From assembly GCA_005191415.1 (NCBI GenBank), contig SUPS01000017.1, forward strand, positions 1-27,707: a stretch of DNA of 27,707 bases. The letters run 5' to 3'. Shown in pieces: positions 14,701 to 20,438 of this stretch. Origin of the DNA: Candidatus Helarchaeota ASGARD archaeon Hel_GB_A (GTDB taxonomy: Archaea > Asgardarchaeota > Lokiarchaeia > Helarchaeales > HEL-GB-A). Position 1 is the stretch's first letter, and each line of letters begins with the position of its first letter. Under the pieces are notes generated by a model. The model saw only the letters and a list, made by a program, of their open reading frames with translations. It had not been told where the DNA came from and ran no database searches. The translations under genes and the position numbers were made by a program.

Positions 14701-17254
14701 TATCCTGAAGGGCATTAATTAATCGCCGTTGCATATAGCCACTGGTACTTGTACGAACGGCAGTATCAACTAAACCTTCACGCCCACCCATAGCATGGAA
14801 AAAAAATTCGATAGGGTTTAAACCAGTATAATAGCTGGATGTCACAAACCCTCGGGCAGAAGCGCTGAGATCATCTCTTTGGAAATGAGGGAGAGTGCGT
14901 CTTCGATAGCCTCTGAGAATGCGTTCGCCACGGACTGACTGTTGCCCGACACAAGCCGCCATTTGTGCGAGATTTAGAGGATTTCCTCGCGCGCCGGTCT
15001 TCGTCATAATTACAATATGTTTATCTAATCCGAGATATTCTCCTGCTATGCGTCCTGCTTCATCTCGCCCTTCTGACAGTTTTTCCATGATCCGCATTTC
15101 GAGAGTTTCTTTTAAGGTCCGGCCTGGCAGTCGTTGCAATTCTCCTCTTCGATATACTTCAATTAAGTTATTGACTTCTTCGTTGGCTTTTCCTAAAATA
15201 TAACGAATCCGATTTTCCGCCTCTTCCTGGATTTCAACATCGTCAAGCCCGATGGTAAACCCGATATTTGTGATGACTTCAATTAACATGCGCGCAATGG
15301 AATCTAAGAAGCGGCGTCCTTTTTTCGTGCCATAATCTTTCACGATTCTATGTAAAAGGCTATCCGGTTGACCTGCCCCGATAGCCTTCTTATCTATAAT
15401 GCCGTTTAATAAGCGCCCATTTCGAATGAGAACGTATGCATCGTAGGGACAGTTCTCTTTTTGACAAACATCACACTTACGACAAATCTTAGCGCGGAGG
15501 GAGAGATTTATTCCTTCAGGCAGTAATACACTAATAATTTGTTTTCCAGTCCATAATTCTTGCGGGTATTGAATGGCAGGAGGGGGAATTTCATACCGTT
15601 TAGATGTCTCATCATCTACATAGCCTGCAGCCATTAGAAGATTACATACTTCTTCCCGTGTATAAAGAGAGGATTTTCGCGATAAAATGAAAGCGGCTGA
15701 GATATAATCTTGAATGCCTCCAATGATAGGGCCTCCATATCGGGGGGTGAGGATTTGTTCTTGAACCCGCATTAAAATGCGAGCTTCCGCTTGAGCTTCC
15801 TCGCTTTGAGGGACATGGAGATTCATTTCATCGCCGTCAAAATCAGCATTATATGGAGGACACACACATAAACTTAACCGAAAAGTTTTATAGGGCATAA
15901 CAATGACTTCATGAGCCATAATAGATAACCTGTGGAGAGATGGCTGCCTATTAAAGAGAACAATATCGCCATCTTTTAAGTGACGTTCAATAATGAATCC
16001 CGGCTCAAGCGTGTCAGCTACTGTTTCCCGATTCCTCACAAATCGGAGGTCAATGCGGCGTCCATCTGATCTAATGACATAATTGGCACCCGGATGGACT
16101 TCAGGACCATTAATGACTAGCTTCCTCATTTCTTCAATGTTCCATTCCGTTATACGCTCCGGAATAGTCAAAATCTTTGCAATATCATATGGCACACCAA
16201 CTTCGTTAATACTGAGGTTCGGGTCGGGCGAAATCACGGTTCTTGCTGAAAAATCAACCCTTTTTCCGGATAAATTGCTCCGAAAGCGCCCTTCTTTCCC
16301 TTTTAAGCGCTGTGCGAGAGTTCGCAATGCTCTGCCAGAGCGATGTCTGGCAGGAGGAATTCCACTTACTTCGTTATTAAAATAGGTAGTAACATGATAC
16401 TGTAACAATTCCCATAAATCTTCTACAATTAATTGAGGGGCGCCTGCTTCGATATTTTCTCTTAGCCGCTGATTAATCCGAATGATATCAACCAATTTAT
16501 GGGTCATATCGTCTTCGCTACGGACCCCAGAATCTAGAGTGATAGAGGGGCGCACACACACAGGAGGGATTGGAAGAACCGTTAAAATCATCCATTCAGG
16601 GCGGGCATATTCGGGATTGATACCTAATTTTCGGCAATCCTCATCTGTCATACGTTCAAAGCGATCTCGTATTTCACTTGGATTGAGTCGGTTTGTACCT
16701 GCTTCTGTTTTTTCATAAAACGTTGTTGGTTTTTCTAATTTTATTTTAACTTGTTTTTCACCGCAATAAGGACAGTCTGTAAGTTTTTGTGCTCGTTTTA
16801 AAATACTGAGAACCTCAGACTTACTTGAAACTTCGGATTCGGCTTCTTCTGCTTCTTCGATAGGTTCTGTTACTTCTTCCTCTTCTGCTTCCTCCTCTTC
16901 TTCCACCAGTTTTTGGAGCTCTTCTTCAGGAATGATCAGGCGACTACATTTTCTGCAAATAGCACGTAAAATCTTTTGGATTTTAGTAGCGAAACCAACA
17001 TGAATAACGGGACGGGCTAATTCAATATGGCCAAAGTGTCCTGGACATTCCCCAACACGATTCCCACAGGTTTTACAACGTTGGCCAGGTTCAATAGTAC
17101 CAAGGCGGCCATCCATTAAGCCTGAATCGATAGGGAGGCCATCTTCATCATAAGTATCAGCCGTTATTATTCTGGTCACGCTCATTTTGCGAATTTCATC
17201 AGGCGATAAAATCCCAAATTTTATGTGATCTATTTCTTTAAGAGCATGAACCAT
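11726..17254 (-). CDS. rpoA: DNA-directed RNA polymerase largest subunit, unsplit A'+A'' (Rpo1), intein-containing precursor
   Basis: A single 1842-codon frame contains the A' motifs (Zn sites CKTCGNRVGECPGH and CRKC...CPYCG, catalytic YNADFDGDEMNLH, bridge-helix region GLVDTAVRTSTSGYMQRRL). It also contains the A'' motifs (trigger loop GEPGTQM/TLKTFHYAG, HIMLVADLMTYSGRIRQIGRHG). No stop or restart occurs at the A'/A'' junction (about 14540..14615). GGTGA lies 6 nt upstream of ATG 17254. Extein length is 1307 aa. Confidence 0.95.
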   Translation of the reverse strand: MVHALKEIDHIKFGILSPDEIRKMSVTRIITADTYDEDGLPIDSGLMDGRLGTIEPGQRCKTCGNRVGECPGHFGHIELARPVIHVGFATKIQKILRAICRKCSRLIIPEEELQKLVEEEEEAEEEEVTEPIEEAEEAESEVSSKSEVLSILKRAQKLTDCPYCGEKQVKIKLEKPTTFYEKTEAGTNRLNPSEIRDRFERMTDEDCRKLGINPEYARPEWMILTVLPIPPVCVRPSITLDSGVRSEDDMTHKLVDIIRINQRLRENIEAGAPQLIVEDLWELLQYHVTTYFNNEVSGIPPARHRSGRALRTLAQRLKGKEGRFRSNLSGKRVDFSARTVISPDPNLSINEVGVPYDIAKILTIPERITEWNIEEMRKLVINGPEVHPGANYVIRSDGRRIDLRFVRNRETVADTLEPGFIIERHLKDGDIVLFNRQPSLHRLSIMAHEVIVMPYKTFRLSLCVCPPYNADFDGDEMNLHVPQSEEAQAEARILMRVQEQILTPRYGGPIIGGIQDYISAAFILSRKSSLYTREEVCNLLMAAGYVDDETSKRYEIPPPAIQYPQELWTGKQIISVLLPEGINLSLRAKICRKCDVCQKENCPYDAYVLIRNGRLLNGIIDKKAIGAGQPDSLLHRIVKDYGTKKGRRFLDSIARMLIEVITNIGFTIGLDDVEIQEEAENRIRYILGKANEEVNNLIEVYRRGELQRLPGRTLKETLEMRIMEKLSEGRDEAGRIAGEYLGLDKHIVIMTKTGARGNPLNLAQMAACVGQQSVRGERILRGYRRRTLPHFQRDDLSASARGFVTSSYYTGLNPIEFFFHAMGGREGLVDTAVRTSTSGYMQRRLINALQDIKVEYDGTVRNAVGNIIQFKYGEDRVDPAKSDHGKAVNIDVILEKVISELDFQGPSINVEDIKFKNRLEELYKTDQLPKSVVENLTGKLKNFDIDVSQFDAIITETLKAYHKALIEPGEAVGVVSAQSIGEPGTQMSIPGNEKVIIRREKEVEIVSIGDFIDNLIATLTPDKIPNYTGSVVCDIPANMQLFVPSLGTDEKIHWRPLVQVSRHLPNGDLIRITTRSGRTITSTLSHSFVIRKDNKIIPIEGKKLTIGDRIPLITSLPMENPIQKISLEQYLPKKEFWYGSELYKAEKSASKLGRSWKKEYDKAYTVPVDIDGLRVALKTKKTDQLLMGYIYPKMHHSMHTRIPEELELNFLTGWFIGAYLAEGTNTGTYISISNVNEEYRKRAIEFAEMLGLNYHISKSKGPYGPSITLSIHSTVLAKLFDRMCGKGAHRKYVPTWALNAPDEFVKGLLRAYFDGDGSISIQKSQIRAGTNSRKLRDDICLLLSRFGIFSSKYKENSQYMLRIPGKYAPVFRDRIGSDIPKKRKDLKTLAKIIENQEEIGETTYDIIDMIPGFGTVLKDIMSKLKIPTKSSFGVNIRKVTRKQKIGRRTLHRYLNIFNEIATQKNIDIHKELSILQQIIDSDVIWDEIIKLELIPSPTEFVYDFSVDGLETFTTAEGLITHNTLKTFHYAGAAEFNVTLGLPRLIEIVDARRNPSTPMMTVYLERTGESDEEMEEKAREVARKLELTKIENIAKSVEIDLANMSIVIRLDEDLMNDKKIEIDLVKKQIETQLKVFKKEDIKSSENIITLDPKTDDLDKIQKLLEKIRELPIKGLKGINRVIIRQDEETNEYVIYTDGTNFKEALLIEGVDSKKTITNHIREIEATLGIEACRTSIIEEATSVLEEQGLDVDIRHIMLVADLMTYSGRIRQIGRHGISGKKSSVLARAAFEVTIKHLLEAAIRGDEDPLKGITENVIIGQVIPLGTGGIDLLLNPYANSKQGS
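12689..14293 (-). mobile_element. Intein (535 aa) with LAGLIDADG homing endonuclease, inserted in the RpoA trigger loop
   Basis: Codon-level mapping gives ...GEPGTQM(987) | S988-IPGNEK ... GLITHN(1522) | T-LKTFHYAG. N-terminal Ser, block B TSTLSHSF, two LAGLIDADG motifs (GWFIGAYLAEGTN and LLRAYFDGDGSI), block F/G VYDFSVDGLETFTTAEGLITHN followed by a +1 Thr. Confidence 0.9.
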
Positions 17255-17284
17255 ATTAATTCACCATTTTAATTTATATAGATG

Positions 17285-17304
17285 AATTTCAATTCATTGA
17301 AATT
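17285..17304. repeat. Perfect 8-bp inverted repeat AATTTCAA-TTCA-TTGAAATT just upstream of the rpoA TATA-like element
   Basis: Read directly at 17285-17292 and 17297-17304. It lies 31-50 nt upstream of the rpoA ATG, with TATATAAA (minus strand, about 17273-17280) between it and the start. Confidence 0.6.
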
Positions 17305-17583
17305 TAAAATCTCAAATTTTTTCAGTAAACGTACATATTTTGAATCATTTAACGTATAACCGTCTCCGAGGGAGAATACTTTCATTTTATGAAATTTTGA
17401 AGAAAAATTAATTCATCCAACCTTAAAAAGTACGTTAGGATTTTTATACTCTACAATTAAAAGAGGCTTTTAAATTTTTCGTTTGGATTTAATCGCTGAA
17501 TTTTACTTAATATCAAAAAAATATTTTAGCGGCTTGGATATAAAAGATGAATTACAAAAAGATAAAAGGTGCCGCGTCCGGGA

Positions 17584-17613
17584 GTTTCCTAATTTGATGA
17601 GTTATCAAATTAT
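17584..17613 (-). other. tRNA intron 2 (30 nt, T-loop 59/60 position, BHB motif)
   Basis: AUAAUUUGAUAACUCAUCAAAUUAGGAAAC. Central helix U54-A, U55-A, C56-G plus A.G. 3-nt bulges AA|A and AC|U. Inner 9-bp helix UAAUUUGAU/AUCAAAUUA with loop AACUC. Confidence 0.65.
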
Positions 17614-17634
17614 TTTGAACCCGGGTCCAAGGGT

Positions 17635-17647
17635 TTCTCCTAAATAT
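17635..17647 (-). other. tRNA intron 1 (13 nt, canonical 37/38 position, BHB motif)
   Basis: AUAUUUAGGAGAA. The central 4-bp helix C32-G, U33-A, C34-G, U35-G is flanked by 3-nt bulges CG|A and AA|A. Confidence 0.7.
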
Positions 17648-17676
17648 CGAGAGCCCTAGATGATTGACCAGCTACA

Positions 17677-19350
17677 CTAACGCGGCATTTTACCCATTGA
17701 TTTAGGACCGAGATTAGGAGATTGTGGTCCCATTTCCGCACCTGGAGCACCAGCACGCCTCTCAGGGGCAATCAATTTTGCTGCTACAACGTCATCAATT
17801 TTTAAAATCATTGAAGCAGCTTCAGTTGCAGATTTCAATGCTTGAAGTTTTACAATTAAAGGTTCAAGTACGCCTAGTACCTTCATATCAACGATCTTTC
17901 CGTTAAAAACATCAATTCCATAATATTTATTTTTCGCTATACTATGTTTGGCGCGTAACTCGACTAAAATATCGATGGGATCAAATCCACCATTTGCAGC
18001 CAAAGTTTTAGGAATGATTTCAAGTGCATCAGCGAATGCTTCAATTGCTAACTGTTCTCTTCCCCCAATTTGGATGGCAAATTCTCGTAATTTTTTGGCT
18101 AATTCTATTTCTATACTACCACCACCAGGTAAATAACGAGGATCTTTCACAATATCGGCAATTACGGACATAGCATCGATAAGAGTTCGTTCAACCTCGT
18201 GTAGCAGATGTTCAATACTTCCTCGAATTAAAATGCTAACAGAATGCGGATTTTTACATTTTTCAATAAAAATCATTTTCTTTGTACCGATAAGTTTTTC
18301 TTCAACGAGTCCAGCCTGCCCTAATATATCAGCACGAAGATCCTCTACGCTTGATACGACTTTACCTCCAGTAGCTCTTTGAATTTTCATCATTTCCTTT
18401 TTTCTTATCCGTTTAATGGCTAAAATATTGTTTTTCGCCAAAAGATGCTCTACTAAAAGAGACATCCCTTTTTGAGATATTACCACATTTGCTCCACATT
18501 CACGAATTTTTTGAACCATTTTTCGAAGAATTTCATCCTCTTCATTTAGATATGACTTTATTTGAAGAGGTGTAGTAATTCTGATCTCAGTATTAAATTT
18601 GGTTTTCTCTATTTCAAGCGGAACATTTAGGAGAGCGATCCTTGCATTATCGATCCGTTTTGGCATATCCGGATGTTCAAGATCTTTTTCAAGAATGATA
18701 CCATTGACCATAATGGTATCAGATAAACTAGTTCCTTGATGTTTTATGATTTGAATTTGTTCAATGTCTGCAAAAGATGTATTTTTTCGGGTTTCTCGAA
18801 TTTTTAAAACACTATCAACTGCAATATTAGCAAAATATTCTTCCATTTTTCCCAATAATTTATTATTAATAGCGCTCTTCGCAATATTTCTTAATATAGT
18901 ATGATCGTTTAAAGTGACGTCAAGTGAAAGACCTTGAAGAATTTGTTGAGACTTGTTGAGCGCCTTTTTGAATCCGCTTACAATAATATTAGGATGAATT
19001 TTAAGCGAGAGGAGCTTTTCAGCCTGGGTTAGCAATTCACTAGCTAATAACACAGCTGTGGTAGTTCCATCACCGACTTCACTATCTTGAGCTCTTGCAA
19101 TTTCAACCATTATTTTAGCTGCAGGATGGCGAACATCTATTTCTTCTAGGATAGTAGCACCATCATTTGTAATGACTAGTCCCCCCAGCCGATCAACTAG
19201 CATTTTATCCATTCCTTGAGGACCCAATGTACTTTTGATAGTTTCGCCAATAACTCTAGCAGCTTCAATATTTACTCTTATAGCATCTTCGCCTTCAGTT
19301 CTTTTACTACCTTCTTTTAGAATGAGAAAAGGTTTTCTTATCTGTTTCAT
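17677..19350 (-). CDS. ths: Thermosome subunit (group II chaperonin, CCT/TCP-1 family)
   Basis: [47 protein letters not shown] and [10 protein letters not shown] are the canonical group II chaperonin motifs. 557 aa. Confidence 0.95.
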   Translation of the reverse strand: MKQIRKPFLILKEGSKRTEGEDAIRVNIEAARVIGETIKSTLGPQGMDKMLVDRLGGLVITNDGATILEEIDVRHPAAKIMVEIARAQDSEVGDGTTTAVLLASELLTQAEKLLSLKIHPNIIVSGFKKALNKSQQILQGLSLDVTLNDHTILRNIAKSAINNKLLGKMEEYFANIAVDSVLKIRETRKNTSFADIEQIQIIKHQGTSLSDTIMVNGIILEKDLEHPDMPKRIDNARIALLNVPLEIEKTKFNTEIRITTPLQIKSYLNEEDEILRKMVQKIRECGANVVISQKGMSLLVEHLLAKNNILAIKRIRKKEMMKIQRATGGKVVSSVEDLRADILGQAGLVEEKLIGTKKMIFIEKCKNPHSVSILIRGSIEHLLHEVERTLIDAMSVIADIVKDPRYLPGGGSIEIELAKKLREFAIQIGGREQLAIEAFADALEIIPKTLAANGGFDPIDILVELRAKHSIAKNKYYGIDVFNGKIVDMKVLGVLEPLIVKLQALKSATEAASMILKIDDVVAAKLIAPERRAGAPGAEMGPQSPNLGPKSMGKMPR

Positions 19351-19416
19351 TCAGTATTTACCTTCTTCATTAAACCTCCAAAATTCATTTGGATTGGATT
19401 AATTAAAGTAATTTTT

Positions 19417-19770
19417 TTAAAAAAAAGAAATAAAGAGTTCTTTTCTTACTTTAAACTCATCATAATCTTTTGATGTTTTAATTTTTAGTTGTAATCCTCC
19501 AACAGATATGGAGATTTTATTATTTTCTGAATTTTTTGAAATTGAATATAAATATCCCTTCAAAATAAGTTTTGGGTTTTCTTTTGAACTTGGTTGAGTA
19601 TTGAAAATTACGGTTATGGGTTCAGATTCTTTAAAGGGGTTAATTCGTTTCACAATTTCTAATGTCATTTCAGTTTCAGTATCCACTTCAAAATAAACCA
19701 AATCTACGTTTGTAATTTCGGTCTTTTCTATTTTTTTGACAATCCCGTTTAGTTCGAGCATTAAAGTCAC
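19417..19770 (-). CDS. rpoG: RNA polymerase subunit Rpo8 (RpoG), Rpb8 homologue
   Basis: By-eye alignment to remembered yeast Rpb8: MTLEIVKRINPFKESEPITVIF against LTLDINVELFPVAAQDSLTVTI, and LKGYLYSISKNSENNKISISVGGLQLKIKT...ELFISFF against VMYGTAYKFEE...YYSFGGLLMRLEG...AYLLIRR. GTG at 19770. ATG 19761 preceded by AGGTGA is the more likely start. Confidence 0.7.
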   Translation of the reverse strand: MTLMLELNGIVKKIEKTEITNVDLVYFEVDTETEMTLEIVKRINPFKESEPITVIFNTQPSSKENPKLILKGYLYSISKNSENNKISISVGGLQLKIKTSKDYDEFKVRKELFISFF

Positions 19771-19808
19771 CTTTCATTCTTTTAAAAAAATACCAGAATT
19801 TTTAAGGA

Positions 19809-20261
19809 CTATTCTTCTTCGAATTCTTCCTCTTCTTCCTCTGCTTCCATAGATTCTACAAATTTATCATAGACTGTCCGAACGCGTTCAGCTAAAGGAC
19901 CACTACCTTGAACCCCTTTTTCTGTTACCTTAATCTTGTTTAAAACGATAATAGCGTCCGCTTCAGTATCTAATTTCACCTCTCCACGAGGAAAGATGGA
20001 TTGAAGGTCCTCAGCCAGCCGTTTAAGATCAAAAGCTTTTTTAGTCTCGATAATTTCGTGAATATTTTGACCGTAGAGCACGATTTTGTTAAAATGAGTC
20101 CCATTTTCATCATCTGCGTCCTTTAAACAAATGCTCATGGTATTTCGATCATATCCAACAAGGGCGCCTGTATATGTTTTTGTATTTGTAACTACTTTAA
20201 CTCTAGAATTCAGCATTTTCGTGAATTCTCCGAAAAATTTGCCTTCTGCAATACGGCTCAT
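19809..20261 (-). CDS. Sm-like (LSm) domain protein with about 70-aa C-terminal extension and poly-Glu tail
   Basis: Sm1/Sm2-like core LNSRVKVVTNTKTYTGALVGYDRNTMSICLKDA ... KIVLYGQNIHEI. C-terminal region DAIIVLNKIKVTEKGVQGSGPLAERVRTVYDKFVES, then EAEEEEEEFEEE. GGAGGA lies 9 nt upstream of the ATG. Confidence 0.75.
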   Translation of the reverse strand: MSRIAEGKFFGEFTKMLNSRVKVVTNTKTYTGALVGYDRNTMSICLKDADDENGTHFNKIVLYGQNIHEIIETKKAFDLKRLAEDLQSIFPRGEVKLDTEADAIIVLNKIKVTEKGVQGSGPLAERVRTVYDKFVESMEAEEEEEEFEEE

Positions 20262-20438
20262 TTTTTTGAATCCTCCAAGGATGATTAAAGTTTATATTTA
20301 AATTTTAAACAAGATTTTTAAAAATTATGGATTTTAAACCTTTTATATTTTTCAACAAAAAAAATTGAATGAGAATAGGAACTTTCGTTGAAAATATCCC
20401 TTATTTAAACGATGAATAAAATTGAAATAAGCTTATTT

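Larger units (their letters stand above)
17570..17686 (-). tRNA. tRNA-Glu (anticodon CUC) with two introns (37/38 and 59/60)
   Basis: Minus-strand read: GCCGCGU UA GUGUAGCUGGUCAAUCAU C UAGGG CUCUCG[13 nt]A CCCUU GGAC CCGGG UUCAAA[30 nt]U CCCGG ACGCGGC A. Perfect 7-bp acceptor stem and 5-bp T stem. Mature T loop is UUCAAAU. The 4-nt variable loop and D arm are typical of archaeal tRNA-Glu. Mature length is 74 nt. It is the only GC-rich island in an AT-rich spacer. Confidence 0.85.

Noticed and set aside
12213-16718. Plus-strand ORFs of 63-152 aa inside rpoA (12213..12671, 12714..12905, 14919..15203, 16083..16385, 16482..16718)
   Set aside because: They lie entirely antisense to a strongly supported, motif-rich CDS. 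Their products are low-complexity S/R/F/I-rich sequences with no motifs, which is typical of shadow ORFs.
16832-16930. GAA/GAG-rich low-complexity DNA (CTTC-type repeats on the plus strand) in rpoA as a tandem repeat or expansion element
   Set aside because: There is no exact repeating unit. It simply encodes an acidic linker (EEELQKLVEEEEEAEEEEVTEPIEEAEEAESE) between two halves of a Zn site where spacer length is naturally variable. It is noted within the rpoA finding instead.
17269-17385. 38-codon minus-strand sORF (MKVFSLGDGYTLNDSKYVRLLKKFEILNFNELKFIYIN) just upstream of rpoA, considered as a remnant or novel small RNAP subunit such as RpoH
   Set aside because: It shows no similarity to RpoH/Rpb5 or other small subunits that I can see. 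It overlaps the putative rpoA promoter and palindrome, and there is no SD. It is probably spurious; ribosome profiling could revisit this.
17595-17600. UGAUGA (C-box-like) on the plus strand within the tRNA intron region, considered as an intron-encoded C/D box sRNA
   Set aside because: It is on the strand opposite to the tRNA, no D box (CUGA) lies at the right spacing, and there are no C'/D' elements.
17724-18136. Plus-strand ORFs 17724..17906 and 17948..18136 inside the thermosome gene
   Set aside because: They are antisense to a canonical group II chaperonin CDS and have no motifs.
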